From Octopus bimaculoides (lineage: Eukaryota), in contig NC_068987.1 of the NCBI RefSeq assembly GCF_001194135.2, positions 74,177,109-74,241,108 of the forward strand: a DNA stretch of 64,000 nt, given 5' to 3'. Of this stretch, positions 37,361-48,757 are shown piece by piece. Every line of letters begins with the position of its first letter. Position 1 is the first letter of the stretch. The position numbers and the translations under genes are program-made. The notes under the pieces are model-generated. The model did not search any database. It saw only the letters and a program-made list of their open reading frames with translations, and was not told the origin of the DNA.

Positions 37361-38149
37361 AAAAAAGGAAGATTATGCAAGCCAGCAAAACTATGTCTAA
37401 AAAAAAGAGATGGGATGGTCACATTTTGGACATCTTTCTTCATAGATCAGCTGGATCACAGTTTAACTGAATATAAACAACAATCAATACTGTGTATTCT
37501 CTCTGTCCCTTCTATTGATTGGTATCTGCTCCTGTAAATTTGTTGATCAAATAAAACCCACTGAAACACATTTGTCTCATTTCTCTCTCCATTTTCCCCT
37601 CATTTTAGATAGTTCTCCAACTTTAGCTTCCACACAAATTTTTCCAACTCTTTCTCTCTCAAGAATTGCATCTTGCCCATTGACCCCCACCTATCTCATA
37701 TGTGTTCTCCTCCAGCAATCGTCATCATCATCATCATCATCATTTAGCGTCCGTTTTCCATGCTGGCTGGGGTAAGATGGTTTGACTGCAACTGGTAAGC
37801 CAGAGAGCTGCACCAGGCTCCAGTTTGTTGTGGCTCGATTTGTATGGCTGTATGCCCTTCCTAACACCAAACTACTTCATAGAGTGTACTGGGCATATTT
37901 TGTGTGTCACCAGCATAGGTGAACATTTTTTTAATTGATCTTTGATTATAATAACCTCATTTACTTGTCTCTGATATTCAGTCAGAATGGGCAGAGAAAG
38001 GTTATAGGCTCTGTTATTCCTACTCAGACTAAACTATACATTAAGAAACACTGAAAATACAAACAAAAACACCTGAGGATTCAAACTTAATAAAGAATCA
38101 CCCTTCCTAAACATACCCTAAACTCACATTCTAAGATACTTGACATGCA

Positions 38150-39640
38150 TCAGGGACACTACACTAAAAATATACACAAACTACTATCTGTATTTTCTCA
38201 AATGATGTAGGTATGGAATTTGGGGTAGAAATGTGCACTAAATGGAAAATGAAATGAGGAAGATTTGAAAGAAGCCAAGAAACTGAAATGCCAAATGGGA
38301 AAACAATGAGAGTGTTTGAGAAAAGAAAGTGGTGTAAGTACTTGGGAATACTGGAAGCAGATGAAATTTTTAAAAATGAAGAAATGAAACAAATTACTAG
38401 TAGAGAGTACACAAGGAGAGTAAGAAAATTATTGCAGTCAAAGCTGAATTTCAGAAATTTTTATTGAAGCAATAAATTCAAGAGCAGTACCCATAATTAG
38501 ATATGGGGTTGGAATTATAGACTGGACCAGAAACAATATAAAGAAACTTGACAGAAAATCTAGGAAGTTGTTGATGTATGGAGCCCACTATCTGAAAGCT
38601 GATATCAACCACCTGTACTTGAAAAGTGACCACGCTGGAAGAGGCTTAATAGCAGTAGAAGAATGTGTACAGATGGAAAGTAAAAGTCTAGTACAGTATT
38701 TACAGAGCAACACACAAAGACTACTAACAGCTGTTAAGAAAGGACAGGTGATGAAACAAGTAATATGAGAAAAGAACAAGAATGAAATACAAAGAGAGCA
38801 CGTCAAACAGGTCAAAGAGAAACCTTTGCATGGTCAATTTTGGAGAGCCACTGAAGACATATGTGGAACAAAATCCTGGGCTTGGTTAAAAAAGGGGCAA
38901 TTAAGAAAACAGACACAGAGAACCTAATTGTAGCAACCCAAGATCAAGTAATAAAAACAAACAACTTGAGAAAAAATATATATGGGGAGAATGTGTCAGG
39001 AAAATGTAGAGCCTGTGGAACTTGGAACAAGACAGTGGCACACATTGGAAGAATGCCCCAAGTTGGCCTAGGAAGAATATAAGAAATGGAGGCATGGCCA
39101 GATTGTAAAAGTTTTACACTGGAAATTGCACCAGAAATGGGGATTTGAAGCTGGAAACACATGGTACAATCATCGAGTTGAAAGAGCACCAGAATCAGAA
39201 AAAATGTAAGGCTTTGTAGGACTTTACTCTTCAAATAGACAAGAAGTTAGAAAATAATAGACCAGATATTACAATCATAGATAAGGAAAAGTGAAGTTGC
39301 TTACCTATCAACCCATCATGCCTGTTTGATTCCAGGATTGTAAGGAAAGAGGAAGAAAAACAAAGAAACTAAAATCCTTTAAAATTTGAAATAAGAAGAA
39401 TTTGGAGCATGTGAACAGTAAAGGTCATGCCTATACTAATTGGTGCATTGAGAACAGTAAGGCAAATGGCGGAATGAGACTGAAATAGAATGCCGAGTAG
39501 AGCACCTACAGAAAGTTCAGGAGAGTTCTAAACACTTGAAAGACTGCTGAAAATGTGTGGATACCTAAAATCACAGGTAGAAACCCGCTACCACATAAAT
39601 CTTACCAAGAATAAGACCGAACCTGAGCTTTGTTTCTGTA
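38150..39640 (+). mobile_element. Decayed R4/Dong-type (RLE) non-LTR retrotransposon, 3' part
   Basis: Fragments AVPIIRYGVGIIDW, GRGLIAVEEC, KPLHGQFW, IVATQDQ, KCRACG...VAHI, NNRPDITIIDK, IGALRTV with frameshifts. Confidence 0.85.
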
Positions 39641-39649
39641 ATAATAACA

Positions 39650-39989
39650 ATCTCCTAATATGATAATGAGTGTAGTGTTTTTATATATTTGTCCAACATC
39701 AAGCTGAGTAGTATAAGTGAAGGGAGAGGAGAGAAAATAGTAATTCAGTGAAGGAGAAGTAGTGAGAGTAATAGCCTTGACTGAGAGGGTGTGAGAGAAA
39801 GTAATAGCGGTGAGAGAGAGGAAATGGCAAAGAGTGCATTGTGTATCTTTTGTTTTTCTCCATCACATGATATGAATGGGAAAGGAAGGGGTAATAGATG
39901 AATAATGAAGGAAGGGGTGAAAAAATAAAAAATCAGTGTTTCAACTCTGTGTGAGTACATGTGAGTTTATGTAAAAGGAGGTATGTGAA

Positions 39990-40028
<39 letters not shown>

Positions 40029-40250
40029 AATGGAAATGGGATAGTGAAAGTTCAACGCTGAAAAGAAAAATCAAACAGCATTTCAACTCTGTGTGAGTAT
40101 ATGTGTGTATGTGTGTGCGAGTACAAGGGAAGTATGTGAATGTTTGTATGTGTGATTATTATGTACCTTATTTTGTACCTTATTTAAATATAAAATACTA
40201 CAATTAGCAGTCATTTTTGATGGTATGGGGCCAACTAGTAATAATAATAA
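39650..40250 (-). repeat. Unclassified interspersed repeat (copy 2)
   Basis: Reverse homolog of 26404-26770 (compare ORFs 26421..26819 and 40083..40268). Confidence 0.75.
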
Positions 40251-40264
40251 TGAACTTATTGTAT

Positions 40265-41160
40265 ACAATGTTAAAGTGCATTACAACTCATCAGCAAAAG
40301 TAACCAAAACTGCATGAACAATACATAGAATAATGCACAGGAAGTGAACAGTGAATAAGTCTTTTAAAAAAAAATGGGGGTAAGAGGCATCAGGTGTACT
40401 GTTGCCGAATTTCAGGAAGCACAGAAGTTTTGAAGGATGTAGTGTCTCGACAGCTAACAACTGATGCAGGTAGTTTATTCCATGCTCCAGCAAATCTGAG
40501 TATGAAAGTATGTTTCCGAAAGTCATAGGTGTTGTGTTGCTTTTAATCTTGTAAGCATGTTCACGAGTGTTTGACATATGAAATTCAAAAAGATGCCCGA
40601 GGTTGTTGTTGGAAAGATGGTGGATAACCTTGTGGGTGTCTACCAAGTCAGTTGCCAGATGTCAGAGCTTTAATGTGTCCATTCCCAGGGAAGCAAGACA
40701 TTCAGAGTATGGTAGATGCTTGACAGCAGGTTTTCATCTGGTTGCACATTTCTGAACAGTTTCCAGGTGATCATGCTAGCATGCAAGGCAGACGTTAAAT
40801 GATGATGATGATGATGATATGCCAAGTAAGAGAGGGGTTCCAGATTGGTGATGCAAACTCTAAGTGTGAACATACTATAGACATATACAGCTTTAAACAG
40901 ATATCTGGAGAGCAACTGACTAAGATCTTACTGAGTGATGCTAAGACACATTCAGCTTTCTTGACAATCTTAGAGATGTGGTTTGTCCAATAGAGATTGC
41001 CGTTGATAATAATACCCAGGTCATGTTCACAAACAGACTTCTTAAGATTGGTGTTGTTGAGGGAGTATGTGAAAGCTGGGTTTTTCCTCCCAAAATGCAT
41101 GGTGAACACACTTGTCTACAGCCAGCTTGAGTGCATCCAAAAATATAGTCACCTGACTGA
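40265..41160 (-). mobile_element. CR1/L2-like LINE 3' fragment, interrupted at ~40670-40815
   Basis: HFGRKNP...DLGIII...LKLYMSIVCSHLEFASPIWNP; ...GAWNKLPASVV. Confidence 0.85.
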
Positions 41161-41216
41161 AAAGTAAAAAGATATAAGAAAGCTGGATGCATTATATGTC
41201 TCATGTACTTACTCAC

Positions 41217-41406
41217 CAATTGCCTTCCGTAAACTGAACATATAGTTGTGGGTCACTTCGGCCAGAAGTTCAATCTTTAGGTTGGACAGTTTTATTCCTG
41301 TGGTCAAACTTTTTGGAATCAGCTGGTCAATTTTCTCAAACCACTCTGTTGGTGCTGGTGCTAGCATGGCGGATTTGATACCATTTTCAATGTAATAATA
41401 ATAACG
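41217..41406 (-). CDS. DNAH3: Dynein HC exon (RYYYYIENGI...YMFSLRKAI)
   Basis: 190 nt, phase 0 to 1; donor gtgagt. Confidence 0.94.
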
Positions 41407-43416
41407 CTGAAGAGAAAGGAGAGAAATCAATCACAAAAAATTTTCATAATCAGAAAGATATAATATATATGTATATTTCATTTTCGCATTTGTTTTGAAA
41501 GATTCTTTATGTGAATTTGTGTATTGAAGTATATTTTATTTGTCTGTGGAGAGACATTCTCTTTTAATGCCTTATTATTTAACATACTCACCGGTTCGAT
41601 TTCTACTCATTTACTTATTTATTCTTTCTAAAAGTTTCATTGTGTCTGGAAACTTTTTCAATAGTTGTGTGAAAAGGTTGCAAGATGCAATGGAAATTTT
41701 AAAAAAAAAAAGTAAATGAGTGGAAATTGAACTGGTGAGTATGTTAAATAATAAGGCACTAAAAGACAATGTCTCTCCCCAGACATAATATATNNNNNNN
41801 NNNNNNNNNNNNNNNNNNNNNNNNNNNNNNNNNNNNNNNNNNNNNNNNNNNNNNNNNNNNNNNNNNNNNNNNNNNNNNNNNNNNNNNNNNNNNNNNNNNN
41901 NNNNNNNNNNNNNNNNNNNNNNNNNNNNNNNNNNNNNNNNNNNNNNNNNNNNNNNNNNNNNNNNNNNNNNNNNNNNNNNNNNNNNNNNNNNNNNNNNNNN
42001 NNNNNNNNNNNNNNNNNNNNNNNNNNNNNNNNNNNNNNNNNNNNNNNNNNNNNNNNNNNNNNNNNNNNNNNNNNNNNNNNNNNNNNNNNNNNNNNNNNNN
42101 NNNNNNNNNNNNNNNNNNNNNNNNNNNNNNNNNNNNNNNNNNNNNNNNNNNNNNNNNNNNNNNNNNNNNNNNNNNNNNNNNNNNNNNNNNNNNNNNNNNN
42201 NNNNNNNNNNNNNNNNNNNNNNNNNNNNNNNNNNNNNNNNNNNNNNNNNNNNNNNNNNNNNNNNNNNNNNNNNNNNNNNNNNNNNNNNNNNNNNNNNNNN
42301 NNNNNNNNNNNNNNNNNNNNNNNNNNNNNNNNNNNNNNNNNNNNNNNNNNNNNNNNNNNNNNNNNNNNNNNNNNNNNNNNNNNNNNNNNNNNNNNNNNNN
42401 NNNNNNNNNNNNNNNNNNNNNNNNNNNNNNNNNNNNNNNNNNNNNNNNNNNNNNNNNNNATGCATATATATATGTATACCTATTTCTGCCTCTTTATTTC
42501 TCTGTTGCACTCTAACCTTTCAACATTTGATATTGGATCACCTCCTCTAATGCCCCCTCTGTTGTAGCAAGACACCTGCTTCTGTCTCTTTGTCACACTC
42601 TAACCTTTCATCCTCTGACACAAGTTACCCTCCTCAAATGCCCTACCCCTCTCCTAATTCCTTGTCTTGTGAGTTACTTGGTTACCCTGCTAGAGCTGGT
42701 GCCATGCTAAAAGCATCCAGGCCACACAAACATGGTTGGCGTTTGGAAGGCATCCAGCTGTAACAATCATGCCAAAATTAACTGAGCTGGTGCCATGTAA
42801 AATGCACTGAGTCCACTCTGCAGAGTGGTTGGTGTTAAGATGGGCATCCAGCTGTAAAATCTCTGCCAAAACAGACACAGTAGCCTAGGGTAGTTTTTCT
42901 ACCTTACCGGCTCCTGTCATCCATCCTACCCATGCATGCATGGAAGATGGACATTAAATGATGATGATGATATCTGTGTGCTTGTGTCTGTCTTTGTCCC
43001 CGCCACAATTGCTTGACATCTGATGTTGGTGTATTTACATCCCTGTAACTTAAGATTTTGGCAAAAGAGACTGACAGCACTAGGCTTACAAAAATAAGTC
43101 CTAGTGTCAATTTGTTTGACTAAAACCCCTCAATGTGGTGCTCCAGCATGACTGCAGTCAAATGACTGAAACAAGTAAAAGAATAAAAGAATATCAAATT
43201 GAAGCATATTTATTTGGTGGGGTAGCTGGGTGCCTGTTATCCTGAATGCTAAGTGTATTGTTCTGGATATATAAGCAGTACTCAATGGAACTGTCCAACC
43301 CATGTGAGGATGGAAAATCAACATTAAATGATTTCATCAATTTACCCCAGAACCTTTGAAGCATGCACGGATATGCCCATCCCAAATGGAAGCACCTTCT
43401 AGCTGATCAGACTCAC

Positions 43417-43531
43417 CTGTAAATCTTGTGCTGATGGTTCACCATAACGAGATTTCTCTTCAATTTCAATATCATGCATGATCTTCAGCTGTTCATGAGG
43501 GTCCAATGCACGTTCTTCTAATGAAGGTGGG
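43417..43531 (-). CDS. DNAH3: Dynein HC exon (PPSLEERALDPHEQLKIMHDIEIEEKSRYGEPSAQDLQ)
   Basis: 115 nt, phase 2 to 0; donor cag|gtgagt; joins RYYYY exon. Confidence 0.88.
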
Positions 43532-43589
43532 CTACAACATTGTTATCAAAAAGATGTCAATAGTTCATAAGACATAAAGAAAAATATAA

Positions 43590-43985
43590 CTGCCTGACTA
43601 GCACTTGTGCCAGTGGCACGTAAAATGCACCATTTGAGTGTAACCAATGCCAGTGCCACCTATGCCGGTGGTATGTACAGAACACCATTGAAGCGTGGCT
43701 GAAGCCAGTGCCACCTGACTGGCACCTGTGCTGGTGGCACATAAAAAGCACCATTTGAGCATGACCAATGCCAGTGCTGCCTGACTGGCACCCGTGCTGG
43801 TGGCACGTAAAAAGCACCCACTACACTCTTAGAGTGGTTGGCATTAGGAAAGGCATCCAGCTGTAGAAATCATGCCAGATCAGATTGGTGTCTGGTGCAG
43901 CAACCTGACTTGCCAGTCCTCAGCCAAACCGTCCAACCCATGCCAGCATAGAAAGCAGACATTAAACGACAATGATGATGATGAT
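43590..43985 (+). mobile_element. RTE family B 3' end with decayed hairpin minisatellite units
   Basis: gccagtgccacctgactggc units followed by cccactacactc...(gat)n. Confidence 0.8.
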
Positions 43986-44245
43986 ATTCAAAAGGTACAC
44001 AGTTCACATCTTAACCTCACCTTTGTAGAAAACTGTATGCATGGCCAAAACATTTTACTCACAGTGAATCAGGTGAATCACTAGCTGCATAAATAGGAAT
44101 CATGGGGAGGTGCAATTGGCTATATAATCAGTGGATGAATTGTGCATCAGAAGAGTAAGTGTTTAACTTGAACGCTACTTGATCTTGGTACCACTACACA
44201 GGAAGATCTCCTTATTAATGATGTTCCTATATCCCAATGGGTTAG

Positions 44246-44283
<38 letters not shown>

Positions 44284-45619
44284 GGAAGGCAGTAGTGAAA
44301 TGTATGTAGGTGCCAGTTTCAGTCTTGATTTTCTCCTTTTAGTGTTTCGTGAGACAGACGTGTGGTCAACAGGATATAGTATTGAACTAGCAATTCATAG
44401 GTCTTGTGTTCAAATCTATTGTGAACATTTTGACATTTGATTAAACATTCTAGACACCTCAGTGCCACAAGTGAATCATCTGTGAAAGTAACTTGAACCA
44501 ACTGACATACTTTTCACAGAGAGATTTTTCTCCCATCTATGTAACACATACACAAAATATGTAATAAAAAAAAAACAGGAAAAAGAAATGGTCTTTAAAA
44601 GCTTGCTTGGAACTACTGGAAACTTTTAGGTTTATATTTTATCAACAGTTCAGTAGAACTGAGTTCAAAGCTAGCTTGAGACATGACAGATGAGTTTTCT
44701 TCTTCTTTTAGTATCTAATGTCAGCTGGATATTTTGGGAAATATGTCTAGCTGATGAGCATCCTGTCTGATGCAAAAAGAGACATTTGACTAATCTGCTT
44801 CATACAGTGAAATTGCACTGTTAAGCACTGATCTTGTGAGTAATTGAGGTTCCTTTGTGAGACAGAGTGGGGAGAGAAAGAAAGAGAAAAGGAGACAGAG
44901 AGGTGTAGATAATTAACTGAAAAGACAGCAGTTCTTATACTTTCACCAACATTATTAGAACTCCACTATTGCCATCCATAATTCAATAAGAGATGGGTCA
45001 TCCAAAGATGGATAAATATTTTGCCCATTATCTAGTTTGTATGTTATAAGTATGTGGGTATTTTTAAAACACCCCACAGAGTGACGACAGTTCTCTGCAT
45101 AGTTATGGGCTGCCCTTTCGCAAGGCATGGCACCCATTTAGTCATCCTGTCAAGGATATGGCAAAGTCATGGGACTGCAGCATGGTGAAGAGTAGTGGAA
45201 GAACTCAACAGAGTCAACAGTGCTTCTTACATTGATGTTGAGTGGAGAAATCCTAGATTAACAATCAAGATCACCAATCTCTATCAAAAGAGTAACTGCA
45301 GCACATTCAAAGAGGTGGCATCCATGGTAGTGTAATCAGCTAAGGAAAGATTCACTATGACTAAAGCTTCCAATTCAAATTCATAATAATAGAATTAGAT
45401 GGCGATTGAGTGTTATGGGAATCCACAAAAGCATTGAAAAAAATATTATAAGATGATCAAATCTAGTAACTGGATTGATCATCTCATAACAGAACATTAG
45501 ATGGGTGGGGGTATATAACAGGAAAGAGTATATGGGTGTTGAAAGACTTGGAAAAATTCTTGTACAGATGAGATGGTAGTTAGGGAAGTAGGTACACATA
45601 AAAACCAAAAGCTACTTAC

Positions 45620-45707
45620 ATTTGAGTAGGTTGCTTTTCTGGTGTAACTCTTTTACCTGGTGCAAAGGCAGTCTTAGGTTTTTTTGCAGGAGTAACTACC
45701 TTATCGA
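45620..45707 (-). CDS. DNAH3: Probable dynein HC exon (DKVVTPAKKPKTAFAPGKRVTPEKQPTQ)
   Basis: 88 nt, phase 1 to 2, exactly bridges the flanking exons; open frame; sequence not recognisably conserved. Confidence 0.75.
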
Positions 45708-45939
45708 CTGAAGAGTTAGTTCAAGAGTTGTAGACAACAGGTTGAGGAAGAGAGAGAAAGGAAAAAAAGATGTGAGTTAATAGTTAGAAGATTACATGAG
45801 CTGAAAGTAATGAATAAAATTTATAAATTACAAAGAAACACAGTATTATTGTAATTTATCTCAGGTATATGAGTCAATTATAAAATAAGTTCAGCTTTAG
45901 TTGCACTGTATTTTCTGTAGATAAGGCAGAATGACAAAT

Positions 45940-46557
45940 ATTGGTTTCAAATTTTGGCACAAGGCCAGCAAGTTCGGTGGATGGAATAAGTTGATTACAT
46001 TGCCCCCAACACTCATCCTTATTCATCATTTTGAATCCAGGTTTTGTCCTTGTTAACAGGGGTGGCCAGATCTACCTCAATGCCATAGCAACTGCCCTCA
46101 CACCATCTCGCCATTTTGCTTGGCTTTTGGCATCCTCCCTTCTCAAGCCAACCCTCCCAATCTCCTCCTACACCTGTCCCCTCCACATTTTCCTCGGTCA
46201 ACCTCACTTTCGCTGTCCATTTACCTCAAATTCTAGCACCCTCTTCAGAACATGCTCTTCATCCCTCCTCAACACATGCCCATACCACCACACTCCATTC
46301 GCCCTTGCCAGCCATTCCACTGATTCCTCAACCCCAACATCCCCATCAAGTCCTCCGTCCTCCTCTTACCAAACAGTCTCATGCCACACATTTTTCTCAC
46401 CATTGCTCTCTCAGTCAGCTGGTACTTATTTTATTTACCCCAAAATGATGAAAGGCAAAGTCAACCTTGGTGGAATTTGAACTCAGAACATAAAGCCGGA
46501 TAAAATGCTGCTAAATCTTTTGCTCAGCGTGCTAACAATTCTGCCAGCTCACTGCTT
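45940..46557 (-). mobile_element. SINE family C split by an RTE-like 3' fragment (~46012-46415)
   Basis: SINE tail 45940-46010, SINE core resumes at ~46420. Confidence 0.7.
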
Positions 46558-46696
46558 AAATTGCAGTTCTAATATTAATAACAACAACAACAATGTGCAG
46601 TAATTTTAAAGATTGTGGTAAATTATAATACTACATACTAACATTGACATTAATTCTGCTAATAAACTAATAAACAAAAGTTCTTAAAAAACCTAC

Positions 46697-46871
46697 ACTT
46701 TGGTTTTGACTTAATCAGCTTTGGCAATTTGAGTTGCTTAGCAGTCGGTGTATAATTATTGGCAATGGAATCACTAGGAGTGCGAGAATATTTCTGTTCC
46801 TTGAACGGTGATGCCAATGTCCAAGACACTTCATCCATAATCGGAGGGTGTGTGCCATTCTTTACAACAAT
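46697..46871 (-). CDS. DNAH3: Dynein HC exon (IVVKNGTHPPIMDEVSWTLASPFKEQ...PSDSIANNY...KPK)
   Basis: 175 nt, phase 0 to 1; DNAH3-like N-terminal motif. Confidence 0.9.
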
Positions 46872-47390
46872 CTGAAAACAATAATAATAAGTTTCATACA
46901 TTACTTTCAAGCAAATTATAACAATGCAGATGTTATATATATGAAAGATGTGTGCATGCGTGCATGTGTGCCAGTGTGTCCATGGATACTCAAGAGATGT
47001 AGTGGGTTCCCAGACAGGTTAACAGAGAAAGTAGAGTTTGCCAGAGCCCTGTGGGTAATAAGTACCAAGAGTATATGCAAAACAAACTCTCCTTGGTGAC
47101 CAAGTTGCTCTCTACAAATAATTAGACAGCGCCTGTTATTTAGAAGCCATAATTAGCAATGGGGTGGTTGGTCAGAGCACATAGCATCCAGAGGAAGAAG
47201 TTGGAAAAGGGGAGTTATTACTTTTATGGCAACAGACAGCTTTTCTTATGGAGTGAAAGGTTGATTGTATGATGTTGTGTATGAAGCATGATGTTGCACA
47301 ATAGTGAAACATGAGCCTTGTTGAGAGAAAGGAAGGTTGGTATGGGAGTACCAATGATAATGATAGTACCAATAAACAAGACATACATAC

Positions 47391-47483
47391 CTGGTACAAA
47401 GTGGAAGGTTCTTTCACTGTGCTTGGCAATGGTGGTAAAGAAGGCAACACCCTGAGGAGTTTTGGTGGTCCAGCTACGGGATT
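47391..47483 (-). CDS. DNAH3: Dynein HC exon (NPVAGPPKLLRVLPSLPPLPSTVKEPSTLYQ)
   Basis: 93 nt, phase 0 to 0; no in-frame ATG, so an upstream coding exon is needed. Confidence 0.85.
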
Positions 47484-48369
47484 CTGAAAATAACAGATAT
47501 AAAAGATATTATAGTGGATTCTCCCATTGGCTTCGACATATGAAAGGCTAACAGTTGATTTGTTTCAGTGGTGAAGGCTTGTGTTGGCCCAATCACTCTT
47601 CTGGAGAGGCTGATAGAAAGTTAGTACAAAGGTTTGCCACAAGTTCAATGAACATGAACAACATACTCAAGTTTTCTATTAGAGTTTGCCATCTCACTAC
47701 AGCTTAGTGTTTAACTCAGACTAAATCTAAATGCACACCAGGATACCAAATGAGAAATATCAATGTACTCATGCATATATATATANNNNNNNNNNNNNNN
47801 NNNNNNNNNNNNNNNNNNNNNNNNNNNNNNNNNNNNNNNNNNNNNNNNNNNNNNNNNNNNNNNNNNNNNNNNNNNNNNNNNNNNNNNNNNNNNNNNATCT
47901 ATATATATTACTTAGCATTGATGATAATTGTAGCCAGGGGCCACTTAGCTTAATGGTAGCCAGTATCTGTGAAGTATGGGGTTCAATTCTCCATTGCCAT
48001 CTGCTGACAACTTTTTTCCCATCTTCTAAGGGAAAAATACCCAATCTTTCTTGGCTGTTTTCACAGCCTACTGTGTTCAAAATTTACGTTTTTGTCTGTA
48101 AAATACCAACACACTTGGCACTTATAAAGTTTGTTTATAAAAATGTTCCCGCATATAACAACATATATATATATATATATATTGTTATATTTTGGGATGG
48201 TCATTTTTTCTTTTATTCTTTCCAAATAAACACACTCCTTCAGGGAGGATAGATGTAGAATGGAGAGTCACCGAAGAGATCACAGGATGTGCAATGAAAG
48301 ATTTCCAAACAAAGGACACTAAAATAAGAACAATAATAAATGATTTTGTTAAGGTTATTTCTACAGAAA

Positions 48370-48726
48370 GCACCATTCGAGCATGATCATTACCAGTGCC
48401 ACCTTACTGACACTTGTGCCAGTGGCACATGAAAAACAACATTCAAGTGAGGTCATTGCCAGTGTCGCTGGACTGGCTCCTGTGCAGGTGGCATGTAAAA
48501 AACACCATTTGAGCATGGCCGTTGCCAGTACCGCCTGACTGACTCTCGTGCCAGAGGCACGTAAAAGCACCCACTACACTCTCAGAGTGGTTGGCATTAG
48601 GAAGGGCATCCAGCTGTAGAAACTCTGCCAGATCAGATTGGTGCCTGATGCAGCCATCTGGCTTGCCAGTCCTCTGTCAAACTGTCCAACCCATGCCAGC
48701 ATAGAAAGCAGACGTTAAACGACGAC

Positions 48727-48755
<29 letters not shown>
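48370..48755 (+). mobile_element. RTE family B 3' end with hairpin minisatellite units
   Basis: gccagtgtcgctggactggc units, conserved 3' end and (gat)n tail. Confidence 0.8.

Positions 48756-48757
<2 letters not shown>

Larger units (their letters stand above)
606..47483 (-). other. DNAH3: Axonemal dynein heavy chain gene, DNAH3-like (partial; continues beyond window start; first coding exon unresolved)
   Basis: 23 exons with GT-AG ends; phases agree except across one missing exon. N-terminal motifs LPPLPSTVKEPSTLYQ and SWTLASPFKEQKYSRTPSDSIANNY resemble recalled DNAH3 N-termini. Linker motifs LEPIFSSEDI and [29 protein letters not shown] are family-conserved. Confidence 0.85.

Noticed and set aside
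46031-46480. 149-aa + strand ORF as a gene
   Set aside because: Antisense reading of an RTE 3' fragment followed by SINE C sequence.
606-47483. Assignment as DNAH7 or DNAH12
   Set aside because: The linker motifs are shared by the whole single-headed group, but the N-terminal WTLASPFKEQ / PSDSIANNY and WLPTCAQ / GNDF segments fit recalled DNAH3 better. A phylogeny is needed for certainty.
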